The notes under the pieces are model-generated. The model did not search any database and had not been told where the DNA came from. It was given only the letters and a program-made list of their open reading frames with translations. A stretch of DNA of 64,000 bases from Balanoglossus misakiensis (Eukaryota; Animalia; Hemichordata). The stretch is taken from positions 9,036,844-9,100,843 of the forward strand of contig CM082588.2 in NCBI GenBank assembly GCA_040954595.2. Reading direction: 5' to 3'. Shown piece after piece: positions 24,820 to 38,300 of the stretch (its first letter is position 1; every line of letters starts with the position of its first letter). The translations under genes and the position numbers were made by a program.

Positions 24820-24894
24820 ATGCTGCCTGAAATTGTCTGCATTTCAACTCGGGATTCTCTTCCTCGTCCGGGGCGAGTTTAAGACCGCTCAATG
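24820..24894 (+). other. Exon-like cassette A1 (probable non-coding exon)
   Basis: atttgattcacag| 75 nt |gtaagc, paralogous to cassette B. Confidence 0.5.
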
Positions 24895-25359
24895 GTAAGC
24901 ATGACTTGCTGTATATTTGCTTTTATCGGGCGTTGCAACCGAGACAATAGGAAGCAATGTATGTCTACGAACTAATTTACACATTCCAGTTATCAATACT
25001 TTTTTTTCCCTTCGAATTCTGGCCTCGATTGCCTGTGATATGATCGTGATGACATGAATTAAATGGTCAAGTTCAAATCTTCATGTGAAGCATGCATAAA
25101 TTAAATTTGGATGCATTTCCTTAACCATATAGCTAGAAATTACTCCCATACCAATACACGAGGAGAGACCGTAATTTTGGCTGAAAGTGTGCTAGTCCAA
25201 CACTATGCTTAATCAAACTGGCTAAGAGATCTGTTATTATATATTTTCTGACCCTACATTACACCATGTTTTGCATATTTTCACTAATTAGTATGGCCCA
25301 CATAATTCTAAAGCAAGGTTGATTGGGTATTAATTAATATGCATATATTTGATTCACAG

Positions 25360-25432
25360 TCTTAAACACAGCATTTCAACGTATGCCGTAGGAGGAAGAG
25401 AATACCTAGGCCTGATCCAAGACCGCTTTCCG
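25360..25432 (+). other. Exon-like cassette B1 (probable non-coding exon)
   Basis: atttgattcacag| 73 nt |gtaagc; the core is the reverse complement of the A core. Confidence 0.5.
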
Positions 25433-26075
25433 GTAAGCACAACTTGCTGTATACATGCTCCATAGCTTGTTTGTAAATGCTACCTTTTCCCATCAAATAG
25501 TGAAGTCACCCTTTTAAAATTATGGTGGTGGCAAGCCACAACTGGTTATCATGGTGAGTTGGACACCACTAATAATCATTTGAATATTTTCCACTTGGTA
25601 ACCTTTATGTACCACTATCCTCAACAATTTCAGTCAACAAGATTCATATTGCGCTGTATAGCAAGGCCAAACAATGACTGATTGATAGGGATTTATCTGA
25701 AAATGTGACAAAATCAACAAATAAAGAATAATCAGTCACCAATCATGCATTATGTGTTATTCGAGGGAACCTGAGCGGGTCCCATAAACCTGCCAACCCA
25801 TGCTAGCCATGACTTTACAAATGTTTCCGTCATACTATGCAGAAAATTCTGGCTGCCTTAAATAGGTTTCCACTTTGCGCTAGGGGGTCAAATCTCATTG
25901 CATTCTGGGCGGAAAGTCCACAACCAACTGTAGTAAGAGATAGAAGAAATGATATGTTTACTGTATTTCATGACTTCCTTTGGTCAAACATTTCTGTCTC
26001 TGTAGTTATTTTTTCTGTTAAAAAGTTCAAGAATGACCCATCATCATTTTAGCTTATGAACTCCCATTCCTTTAA

Positions 26076-27059
26076 GGTAGTTGGAAAGGCTATTTTTGAA
26101 GCAAATTCTCTCAATGTTTGTGAATTTATTTTCACAAGTTAGAATAAAGATAATGACTTGAAATTTGCAGCATGTATTCTTAACAAACTCAAAAGTGAGG
26201 GAAAAATATGACTAAAAATATCTGCTAAAATTATGAAATTTGATACGCCTAAATATAAATATTCATAATTTTACAAAATATTGATTGAATCTTGACATGT
26301 TTTCACAAATTATTGAATAATTTGTATTCATTTTAATATTAAGCAACCCCTCCAGTAATGTACGGGACACTTTCAGCATAAACTTATTTTTTTCAAAGTT
26401 ATCACTCAGGAAAACACAGTTTTTGTTGATATTTTGTATACAACTTTAACGTGCTGCCAAAACACAACGGGAAAACTTATGAAAAAACTGTCCCGTAAAA
26501 TTGTTCTTTGGGATGTCCCGAGCCTTTCCTGAAAGTTTCATGATAAAAAAATTATCTGGCATACCAATTCAATCACAAATAAAAACCATTACATTATGGC
26601 GAAGGGCAGAAAAGTAGCGAAATACGCAAAGTTTAGCGGCAGTTCACGGCGAAGGATCGCATTTATCTGGGTCAAACGCTTTTCCGCTGGCTTTTCGGGT
26701 TCCCTAGAAATGCAAAAATGTCCATAATTTGGCAGCCTTTAATAAACAAGCAAGGTTATCTATCGTTGAAAATTGCAAGAATCAGTGTTTGCAAGTTACA
26801 TTTAAATGCCCTTGGCTAGGGGAACCCGTCCTTGTGCGCATAGCCTAGGAGAAGTCTTCCCCTAGAGGGCGCTCAAATAAGGCTCCCTAGCTTCCTTGCC
26901 AGATGTATGAAATTAGGTATAATAAAACCAGCCATATCTTGTTACACGTTTATTGCCCCGAATTTTTCATGAGTTTAATTTTTCTCTAATACATTTCTAG
27001 ATATAAATTCAGTGTTTTTAAATGAAATTTTAACTGACGCCCTAGCCTTTCCAACTACC
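26076..27059. mobile_element. Non-autonomous Kolobok-like DNA transposon
   Basis: TTAA|GGTAGTTGGAAAGGCTA ... TAGCCTTTCCAACTACC|TTAA. The empty site (TTCTTTAACATGG) is visible in duplicate copy 2 at ~31868. Confidence 0.88.
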
Positions 27060-29307
27060 TTAACATGGCAAAAATCGGCCATCTTGAAATTGTCGACCGT
27101 ATGAGATTTTCATCACTCATTTAGGGTAGCTTAAAACGTGTTTAAAGTAGGGAGAATTGTATAGGCATGACTTGGGCTATAAATTTGATGAAATAGCTAC
27201 ATGCCTATTGTTCACAAGCTGCTGACTGTACTGAAGGACTGGAAGTTATGTGTACTTATTTTACATATTCAATATTTGTAATTAGACCATGTGATGTATA
27301 TCTTGGGGATTGCTCGATCGCAATGTCTCTGCTGGTACAATGTCCTTTTATCATGTAATATGGTAGTAATTGTAAGTGTGTGCGGCATTTGTAAATTATT
27401 TACAATTTATAAATTATTTGTAAGTTTCTTCATTCTCAAATTGCTTGCCCAACTGCATTAAACTTTAAATTTTGGTATGATTTTGAGTAGGCTTTCTGTT
27501 TCAAAATTATTTTCTACACTTTTGAAATTTTTTGGTAAAATGATGTAATTCGGTTGACAGGATTTTCACAATACCTCTAAATCATGAAGTACATGTATCA
27601 GAATTGCATCGGCACCCCCAAACAAAATTCTAGTCACCCTTGCCATGTAATATTAGCCATTGATGTCGGAAAGTTACAAAAATGTGTTGTCCAAGCACGT
27701 TGAAGGTACAAGTGGTTTTTACACAGGGCAGTAGGTGGGAGTTTGTCTAAATGAAGTTGTCATTGCCAAAATATGCAAATGAGCTGGGAAAGTGTCAAAT
27801 TTGTCAAAACTCAGGAACTCAAAAACTACTGGGTAAATTGCTTTCAAATTCAAAATTGATATGCATGTAACTTATGGTAACCCCACACAGCCCTATATGT
27901 TGTCAGCTTATGTGAATTTCCAATTTTTATGCATTTTTTGTCTGCACATTATCGGTAAAAAAAATACTTTTCTGGAAGTGATCAGCTGACATGTTTGAAA
28001 TTTAGTATGAAGCTTCACAGGTGATCTGAGTTACCATAGTTTTGATTAAAGTGTTGCAAAATTTGTGTATTTTAATTTTGGAGCAATTTTTAGGTCCTAT
28101 GGCATTTGGTTTGTGTGTATATTTAATATACGATTGGGACCTTAAGGAATGACATGCATCTGTATGTATGAATGAACGGATGAAAACTGCTGCACGTATC
28201 ACTTCCATATTTAGTGTGTAGATGCAGTCGGGGCTGTAGGTGGGATTTTGTTCAAATGAAGTTGTCATTGCCAAAAGTATTACCTGTGAAAATGTGAAAT
28301 TGGTCAAAAGTCAGAAACTCAACAACCACTGGTCAGATTGATCTGAAAACCGGTATGTCAATGAACCCCACACAGTCCTGTATGTTTTGAGCTAATATTA
28401 TGAATTTTCTAATGTTTATTAATTTTTTTGTCTTTTTCCACATTATTGGTAAAAAAAAATCTTCACTTCTGAAAGCGATAGTCCGACTCCTTCAAAATTT
28501 AGTATGAAGCTTCCTATAGGTGGTCCGAGTTTCCATATTTTTGGTTCAGATTGTTGTAAAATAGGCATATTTATAATTTTGAGCATTTTTGCCAATTTTG
28601 GTCAGAATGCTTTGCAATTTGGTAGGCAGATTCCCAGGGGTAACCCAAGTAAGATGTCGTAAAAATTGTTAAAACTGCGTGCTTGTGTTATTGAGCATAT
28701 TTTTGGCAATCTCTGCCAAAAACTGTTTTCTCTTAAACCGTTCAAGCCGTTGTCAGATTGCTTTGAACTTTTTTGATGGCTTTGAAATATGGTAGGAATA
28801 TTCCTAGGGGTAACCAATTTTGTTATGATTGCTTTGGAAGTTAGTTAACAATTTCATAACACATGTATATGTACGTGCAACTTTGATTAAATTCTGGTTG
28901 TCAAAATAGTTTGTTGTAAATTTCTTTGTTTTTGGATTGCAAATCTTCTTAACCAATTGTTCAGTTTCTTTGAAAGTTGCTGTTAACAAGGAGAGTTGGT
29001 ACACCCAACTTAGACATGTTTACATAACTTTAATATGCCAGCTGTTACAGAGACCACCAGCTATTCTATTTTGAATTAACAGTGGTGGGTCAGTGAGCAG
29101 GGCTGACTGAAATAAGTTGCTTGTCATATGTGTTTGTACAGACAATGTTTGGTCAAAAATACATTTTTCTATCTCTGTTTTGGATAGAAAATCTTCTTAA
29201 CCAATTGTTCAGTTTCTTTGAAAGTTACTGTTAACAAGGAGAGTTGGTACACCCAACTTAGAGCTACTATGACTGGTTACTAACTTCTATGTCTATTTGA
29301 TTCATAG

Positions 29308-29381
29308 ATGCTGCCTGAGATTGTCTCATTTCAACTCTGGATTCTCTTCCTCGTCCGGGGCGAGTTTAAGACCGCTCAATG
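29308..29381 (+). other. Exon-like cassette A2
   Basis: atttgattcatag| 74 nt |gtaagc, with a 1-nt deletion relative to A1. Confidence 0.45.
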
Positions 29382-30564
29382 GTAAGCATGACTTGCTGTA
29401 TATTTGCTTTTATCGGGCGTTGCAACCGAGACAATAGGAAGCAATGTATGTCTACGAACTAATTTACACATTCCAGTTATCAATACTTTTTTTCCCTTTC
29501 GAATTCTGGCCTCGATTGCCTGTGATATGATCGTGATGACATGAATTAAATGGTCAAGTTCAAATCTTCATGTGAAGCATGCATAAATTAAATTTGGATG
29601 CATTTCCTTAACCATATAGCTAGAAATTACTCCCATACCAATAGACGAGGAGAGACCGTAATTTTGGCTGAAATCTGCTAGTCCAACACTATGCTTAATC
29701 AAAATGGCTAAGAGATCTGTTATTATATTAGACACATGAAGGAAAGTAATGTTGTTTAGAGTGACATAAAACAATACTTTAGGCCACAAAGAATAATATA
29801 AATCATGACACAAACAGGCTGGATTCTTTTTCAAAAATGTGTGCAGATTGGCCCATGGTAACCAAAGCCAGAGAAGCGCAGTTCTGAATTCGAAAACTTT
29901 GATCAGTACCAGAAACTTGCCCAAAGCTACCAAATGCACAAAAAGTTTTGAGAATCTTTATAAAGATAAAAAATCACCAAGTGACTAGTGGGCTTGTCTA
30001 TGTTCAATATGTCTTCCCTGGTAGCAACATCTACTTCTGCCACCATGCCATGAGATATACTGACAGCTACGTTTGAAACATTTTAGTATACTGATATTCA
30101 AAGTTTAAATTTTAAGGCTTACTTTTCTATACTAAAATAAATGTTTTATAATTGCCAACAATGTACATTCTTATGCTAATCAGTTGTATGAAAAGTGAGG
30201 TGGATCAAATGTAAGTTTCATTTTCACAACAAACATAAAGAAATCCCTGTACAGTGTTACGTAGATGTCAAAGTGTGTGTACACCTGTCGTTTACAGATA
30301 TGATGTCAGTTTCACTTGTCACCTAACTGCCATGTTTGTGGTGTACCCATGTGGACCACTTTACTGCAGTACTGATGTAAATGGAGTTTCAAGATCGCTG
30401 TTACAGATTTCTCTGATTCGTATTCCACTGTTGTACATTATCGCAGCACAGTCTGACCCTACATTATACCATGTTTTGCATATTTTCACCAATTAGTATG
30501 GCCCGTATAATTCTAAAGCAAGGTTGATTGGTAACTAATTAATATGCATATATTTGATTCACAG

Positions 30565-30637
30565 TCTTAAACACAGCATTTCAACGTATGCCGGAGGAGG
30601 AAGAGAATACCTAGGCCTGATCCAAGACCGCTTTCCG
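30565..30637 (+). other. Exon-like cassette B2
   Basis: atttgattcacag| 73 nt |gtaagc, one substitution relative to B1. Confidence 0.45.
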
Positions 30638-31073
30638 GTAAGCACAACTTGCTGTATACATGCTCCATAGCTTGTTTGTAAAGGCTACCTTTTCCCATCA
30701 AATAGTGAAGTCGCCCTTTCAAAATTATGGTGGTGGCAAGTCACAACTTGTTATCATGGAGAGTCGCATATACTTACCAGCCCACGCTAGCCATGACTTT
30801 ACAAATGTTTCCGTCATATTATGCAGAAAATTCTGGCTGCCTTAAATAGGTTTTCACTTTGCGCTAGGGGGTCAAATCACATTGCATTCTGGGCGAAAAG
30901 TCCACAACCAACTGTAGTAAGAGATAGAAGAAATGATACATTTTTTGTATTTCATGCTTTGGTCAAACATGTCTGTCTCTGTAGTTAGCATATTAAACTC
31001 ATTAAACTTTTTTCACATTTTGTTATTTTGTCTGTTAAAAAGTTCAAGAATGACCCATTATCACTTTAGCTTA

Positions 31074-31849
31074 GGCTCCATTCACAAACACCTCTGGAGG
31101 GGGGGGGGGGGGGAGAATTCCATTTTTTTACCGCTAATTTTCACATGCCCCCCGTACACAACCCGAAATATTTTCAAATCCCCCCTTCTGAACAGCCAAA
31201 ATTTTGAAATCCCCCCCCCCCATTTTCTTTCACAGAGCAAAACACATCACCTATCTATCTTGTAAAAAAGAAAAACATCGCTCCCATGAAAAGACTTTGA
31301 AACTGATGTTTCCCCTCATCAGTGGGTATTAAAACTGAACATTGATTTTATTTTTTAAGTATTTGTATTCTGTGTTGGGAGACATTGTAAACCGAGAATT
31401 GAAGGGGGTGGGTGTGGGAAGGGGTGTCCCCCTCCCACGTAAGAAAATTTTATAAAATACAGAGCTCAAAGCTGCATTTTAATGAACCCGGCAAAAGCAA
31501 ATTAACTCAAATACCGGTATGTTGGGGAGGACAAATTTAACCGTCGCCGCTCAAAGTTATCATGGGGTGGGGGCAAGTCCCCTGACCTGGGACACTAGAT
31601 AAACCAGTCAATGATTGAAAGGTGTTGATGAATGGAGGGGGTGGGTGTGGGAGGGGGTGTAAAATAAAGGGCGCGAAACTGCATTTTTGTGGACTCAAAA
31701 TAAATATTTAGTCGTCAAAGTTTTCAAGTCCCCCCTTTCAGTCCCTAAATTATTTCAAATCCCCCCTTACATACCCTCAATTTTTTCAAATCCCCCCCGC
31801 AATTCTCCTGCCCCCCCCCCCCCCTCCAGAGGTGTTTGTGAATGCAGCC
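31074..31849. mobile_element. Non-autonomous PIF/Harbinger element
   Basis: TTA|GGCTCCATTCACAAACACCTCTGGAGGGG ... CCCCTCCAGAGGTGTTTGTGAATGCAGCC|TTA. The empty site AGCTTATGAACTCC is in copy 1 at ~26051. Confidence 0.88.
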
Positions 31850-34800
31850 TTATGAACTCCCATTTCTTTAACATGGCAAAAATCGGCCATCAATTGTCGA
31901 CCATATGAGATTTTCATCCCTCACTTAGGGTAGCCTAAGGGAGAATTGTATAGGCATGACTTGGGCTGTAAATTTGATGAAATAGCTACATGCCTATTGT
32001 TAACAAGCAGCTGACTGTACTGAAAGACTGGAAGTGTTGTGTACTTATTTTACATATTCAATATTTGTAATTAGACCATGTCATGTATATCTTGGGGATT
32101 GCTCGATCGCAATGTCTCTGCTGGCACAATGTCCTTTTAACTTGTACAGTAATATGGTAGTGATTGTAAGTTTGTGTGCGGCATTTGTAAATTATTTTCA
32201 ATTTATAAATTTTTTGTAAGTTTCTTCATTCTCAAATTGCTTGCCTAACGTACTGCTTTAAAATTTAAATTTTGGTATGATTTTGAGTAGACTTTTTGTT
32301 TCAAACTTATTTTCGACACTTGACATTTTGGGGTGATATGATTTTACATGGAAAATCTGATTTCCCAGTAATTCGGTTGACAGGATTTTCACCATATCTC
32401 TAAATCATGAAGTACATGTATCAGAATTGCATCAGGCCCCCAAAATTCTAGTCGCCCTTGGCAAGTAATATTAGCCATTGTTGTCCAAGGACGTTGACGG
32501 TACAAGTGGTTTTTACACTTACTATGTAGGCATTTTATCAGAATTATTAGGTCCCATTTGGTGCAGGTATATGTATTTATACCATGGGACCTTATGGGAT
32601 CAGTTGCACCTGTATATATGGATGTCTGTACGGATGTTTGTCTGTATGTCTATCAATATCAAACACTTGGAAACCACTGGCATGTGACCTTGATATTTAG
32701 TGTGGAGATGCAGGCAGGGCAGTAGGTGGGAGTTGTCAAAATGAAGTTGTCATTGCCAAAATATGCAAATTAGCTGGGAAAGTGTCAAATTCGTCAAAAC
32801 TCGGGAACTCAACAACTACTGAGCAAATTGCTTTCAAAATTGAAAATTGGTATTCCTGTAAGTTATGTTAACCTCACACAGTTCTATATGTTGTGAGCTA
32901 ATAATGTGAATTTTCCATTTGTATTTTTTGTCTCTTTCCACATTATCGGTAGAAAATCTGCTTTTCTGGAATTGATCAGCTGACTTATTTGAAATTTAGT
33001 ATGAAGCTTCATAGGTGATCTGAGTTACCATAGTTTTGTAAGGACCCATTTGCTTTACCATGGGACCTTATGATATCGGTGGATGTATGTATGTATGTCT
33101 GTATGTCCGTCTACATCACAAACTTGAAAACCGCTAAGCATATGACCTCGATATTTGGTGTGTAGATGCAGGCCAGGCTGAAGATTGGAGTTTGTTCAAA
33201 TGAAGCTGTCATTGCCAAAAATATGCAAATTAGCTAGGAAAATGTGAAATTGGTCAAAACTGAAACTCAACAACCACTGGTCACATTGATTTGAAAATCA
33301 GTATGCATGTACCTTATGTCTACCTCAAACAGTCCTGTATGTTTTGAGCTAATATTATCGATTTTTAATTTTTTATGCCAAAAATCTTTTATGCATTTTT
33401 TGTATTTTTCCACATTATTGGTAAAGAAATCATCATTTCTAAAAGTTATAGGCCTCATTCTTTGAATTTTAGTATGAAGCTTCTAATGGTTGTCTGAGTA
33501 ACCAAAGTTATTTTCAAATTGTTGAAACATTTGCATATTTTAATTTTGAGCAATTTTTGCCATTTTTGGTCATTTTTTTTTCTTTAAACCTGCATGCCAG
33601 ATTGATTTGGTAGGCATATTCCTAAGGGTAAACTGAGTAAGATGTTGTAAAAATGTGATATTATATATTGTGTTATTGGAGAGGGGGGGGGGGGGGGGGG
33701 GTTACTCAAACATTTATAACACCCAGCAACTTTTGGTACTGGCATGGTTTGTCCTCCAATGATTTCAACATCCTGCTAGGAATACAACCTCTCCTCAACT
33801 TCATAAATATAGGGCATGACATTGCAGGTTTTTTGAGAACACTGTTTAAAATAACCCTCATCAAGCCTGTTAACTTATTTAGACAGACTATTATCCAGAA
33901 TGAAACGAAACATGGATGCAATAAAAAGATCTTGTGCAATAAAAACCAAGTTGATCATAACAATTATTTGCTACGTACAACATGTACATCACTAATAGAA
34001 GTTATGGCTATAAGCATAAACCTGTTTGTTTTGCTATCTTCACTATTCATGTTATCTGACTATATTAATACATTTGCAAGCATACTGTTTCAGACATAGC
34101 GAATTTGATAAACATCTACAAATATATTTTTACCCGTTGAAGTTATCAAAATCCAGACACTTGACAAAAGGAGATTTTTCATCCCCTCTATAGATTGATA
34201 GTCTAACATAGCAGGCAATCTGTTTTTAACAACTGCAGAAGCCTTCATAAAAAGTTGATGGCCAGAATGAAAGCTTGGGGGGACGTAGGGTTTCCTACTT
34301 TTTAGGTTATTTTTTCTATGGCCCCAAAAAGTTATGACAAAAAATTGATGACCCCCCTTGGAATTTATAATTCCCCCCCCCCTATCATACCCTGTCCATA
34401 TTCTTATAAATGTCAATAAACGCCATACAGTCCTGTATGTTTTGTTTTGAGCTAATATTATAAATTTTCTATTTTTATTGTTTTGTCTTTTACTGCATTA
34501 TTGGTAAAAAAATCTTCATTTCTGAAAGCGATAGCTTTTGTTCAAATTGCAAATTGTTGTGAAATTGGTATATTTATAATTTTGAGCAATTTTGTAATTT
34601 TTGCTCAGAATGCAGATTCCTAGGGGGGTAACCAAAGTAAGGTGTTGTAAAAGATTTGTTTAAAAAATAAAAATATATTTGTAGATGTTTATCAAATTCG
34701 CTGTGTCTGGAAGCACTTGTCAGATTGCTTTGAACTTTGGCAGGAATGTTCCTTGTAGTGATTGAAGTAAGATGGTGTACAATTATAGTGATTTTTGTGT

Positions 34801-35128
34801 TTTTGCTACTTTTGAACAAATGTAGTTTTGTTTAACCCCCATCTTACCCTATCCATATTCAAATAAATATGAAAAGAAATTTCTCACAGATATTATTTAC
34901 TTTGATAATACTATCATTTGTGCAACAACTAATCAATCAAACAGTCAATAATCATAAATTGGGAGTTCAAAAATATCTATGAGGGAGATTTAAAACCCTG
35001 TTAGCAACAACTGTTTGCCATGTTTTCAGTATTAATGTTTTGTGTAGCTTCTCCAGTTTTTAGGTCCCATTTGGTATGTACCATGGGCCTTATGAAATCA
35101 GTTGCGTCTGTATTTATGTATGGATGTA

Positions 35129-35325
35129 CTGTATTTTCACGAGTTAAATTTTTCGCGATATCGAGAGAGGCCACTGTTTCGCGAGTATTAATTTTCGCGT
35201 TCTCTTATTTAATTCACTGCATCGTTATCTTCAATAACATTTACGCGACTTTTTATTTTAACGTTATTTTGGCTCTCGCGTATTTGGCGAAAATTAATTG
35301 CTCGCGAAAATAAAGTGTTTTACAG
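35129..35325. mobile_element. Small TA-flanked MITE inserted in a microsatellite
   Basis: TA|CTGTA ... TACAG|TA with TTTTCGCG / CGCGAAAA subterminal repeats; it interrupts a (TGTATGTC) tract. Confidence 0.65.
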
Positions 35326-38300
35326 TATGTCTGTCTGTTTGTATGGATGTATGTCTGTCTGTTTGTATGGATGTATGTCTGTATGTCCGTCCACATCAAA
35401 AACTTGAAAACCGTTGTGCGTATCACCTCGATATTTGGTGTGCAGATGCAGGCTGGGCTGTAGATTGGAGTTTGTTAACATGAAGTTGTCATTACCAAAA
35501 ATATGCAAATTAGCTGGAAAAATGTGAAATTGGTCAAAACTCGCGAAAGTCAACAACTGCTGGTCAGATTGATTTGGAAATTGGTATGCAAGTACCTTAT
35601 GTGTACCTCATACAGTCCTGTATGTTTTGAGCTAATATTGATTTTCTATTTTTGATGCATTTGTTTGTATTTTTCAACATTATTGGTAAAAAATCTTCAT
35701 TTCTGAAAGTGATCGGCCTACTTCTTTGAAATTTAGTATGAAGCTTCTTATAGGTTGTCTGAGTAACCATGGTTTTGTTCAGATTGTTGCAAAAATTGCA
35801 TATTTATAATTTTGATAATAATTTTTTGTCATTTTTTCCCTCTGAGACCACTTGTCAGATTGCTTCGATTGGTTCGCATTTTGGCAGGCATGTTCCTTGT
35901 GGTGATTGAAGTTAAGATTTTGAACAATTTTGGTGATATTTACATGTATGTGTTTTTGCCACTTTTGAACAAATATTTAGCAGACACAAGAAATAGTCTG
36001 AACATTATCAGTACATTACTAAAACAGTGTAGGTACATTGTACTATAAACTGAGGAAGATTAGTGACTATTGTTTGCCAAAAATTGTCCCAAGTCAGTTC
36101 TCAAGCATAGCAGAATAGTAGCTTTGAGTAGCAAAGTGTGATGATTTAAAATGTAAAAAGACAACACCAATCTCTAGCTCTGCTCTCAGCACTGCAAAAG
36201 TCATCAGACAGGTAGATAGATGTTCAGTCATCCTATGTCTGTCAACACTTTTCTTTTCTGAAATCACTGGTGCAAGTGCTTTCAAATTTGGTGTGCAGGT
36301 TTCTTGGGGTAGCGAAGTACTGCGTGTTCAAATTGTGTTGAATTCTGCATATTTGATCTAATTTTATTTACATTATAACCGAATCTGTAAAGTTTTCATA
36401 ATGATCTTTAAAATAGGTACCTCTAATTTATTTGATGATTGGTATGAATTGTCCCTTGGTGATCATAGTCAATGCTTTTGAAATTCTGCTGAATATTGCA
36501 TTATTATTTTGTCCGAGTCTGAATAGTAGTCATCTTCTCTGAAACCCCTTGACCTAAGTCAGGTGTCAAATAGTACAATTTGCAGATTTGTTGCATTGGA
36601 GATATTGTTGCAGTTTTTGAAATTCAAGATGGCTGCCAATGTCTGTGTTAACTCTATGGAAAAACATTTATGTAAATACTTTTCTGAAAACAAGGTGGTG
36701 AACATCACATTTTTGTTACAAACAGTAATAGAAATAGCTATCATTGTTTCTTAAAATCTTAACTTGTAGGATTCTTTTTCAATCTCTGGCATCTGCAGAG
36801 ACAATTAAACAACTCTATAAAAAGTCTTATTGCTTAGTACTGACACGAGGTGGTAAAAAGATGTGCAGCTTTTGACTTCTTACAGGCTTACACTTTGTTA
36901 GTAATATGAGTCCCTATTGGTATTGTGCTGGGTTTTAAGAGCTTGGGCCCCATTCCCTGGATATTTTGTACACCTTGCTCTGAAAACCTGCCACACCTAT
37001 GCTTCTTGAATTTGTCACAGTTGTCCTTGCCAATGAGTGTGCACCTTGAAATTCAAATCAGTCATTTGACCTGGCAGCCATATTCAGTTGAAATTGTTAA
37101 ATAAATGCAAATTAGCTGGGAAAATTTGAAATTGGTCAAAACCACTGGTCAGATTGATTTGACAATTGGTATGCAAGTACCTTATGTCAACCACATACAG
37201 TCCTGTATTTTGAATAGTTTGAATGTTCTATTTTTATGCATTTTTTGCCTTTTTCCTCATTTTTGGTAAAACATCTACTTTTCTAGAATTGATGAGACGA
37301 CTTCTTTGAAATTTAGTATGAAGCTTCATATAGGTGATATGAGTTACCATACTTTTGTTAAAATGTAGGAAATTTGCATATTCATAATTTTGGAGCAATT
37401 TCGGCCTTTTTTGAATTTTTTTTTCTAAAACCGCTTGTTACATTGCTTTGAAATTTGTTAGTCATATTAGGGGTAGCCCAAGTAAGATTTGCATGTATGT
37501 TTTTCAAATCAACTTGATGAATTGAATAGTATATTTTTGGGATGATTTTTGCCATTTTTGGTCAAAACTCTTCTCAGAACCCCCCACAGTACGTGAAATA
37601 TCCCATGAATCATTCTGATTTGTACAACCAGATATTACTCGGTCAAACCAGGCAAAGTTCACATGTGTAGAGAAAATTGTAGACCACTAATACAAATTTT
37701 GAGAGCATGCTTTAAAGGCGAATCTTATTGTCAATGACCATTTCAAATGATAAACAAAATCATGCATTATTGAAAGAGGAGATACAAATTTTATAAAATA
37801 AGCAATTGCATAGCCAGCCGATACAAAAAAGTTTGAAGTAAAACAGGGACACTTGAAACACTTGTTTAATCAAACAAAAAGATATTGATTTTTTTCTATT
37901 GACAGAACAATGGAAATTTACATGTTAACTTTCAACAGAGACTGGCCACCTCAGTTAGTCATTGCTTCTTTCCTCTTAAGTGTGACATTTGACGTACATG
38001 AATGAATACTTTGATTTCTATGGCTTTTAAATTTTGATTTTGAAATTTTCACTCTAATTCCTCAACATAATTTTTCTAGATAAATCTTAATACAGTTATA
38101 TGTACTTCATATCATTCTTAGTATCTAAAACAGAAAGTAATTAAATGGACAATCTCGATGATACAAATCATGGAGAATTGTGGGTAAAATATCGTACTGT
38201 TCCCCCTCTACCCCCACTGCTTTAAAATTTGATTTAAAGGTTTCAGGGTTTGTTCTCATGATAATTTACAGATTGATTTGACAATTGGTATGCAAGTACC

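Larger units (their letters stand above)
24779..28600 (+). repeat. Tandem segmental duplication, copy 1 (right end approximate)
   Basis: Colinear high identity to 29267-~33600, starting CTATGACTGGTTA.TAACTTCTATGTCTATTTG. Confidence 0.85.
29267..33600 (+). repeat. Tandem segmental duplication, copy 2 (right end approximate)
   Basis: Matches copy 1 but has extra segments at ~29730-30451 and 31074-31849 and lacks 26076-27059. Confidence 0.85.

Noticed and set aside
24820-25432. Protein-coding A+B exons (open frame CCLKLSAFQ...DRFP)
   Set aside because: No recognisable homology, and the A2 copy has a frameshifting 1-nt deletion. Not fully excluded.
33668-34416. 143-aa and 108-aa ORFs
   Set aside because: No domain motifs or splice context; they lie in AT-rich repeat sequence.
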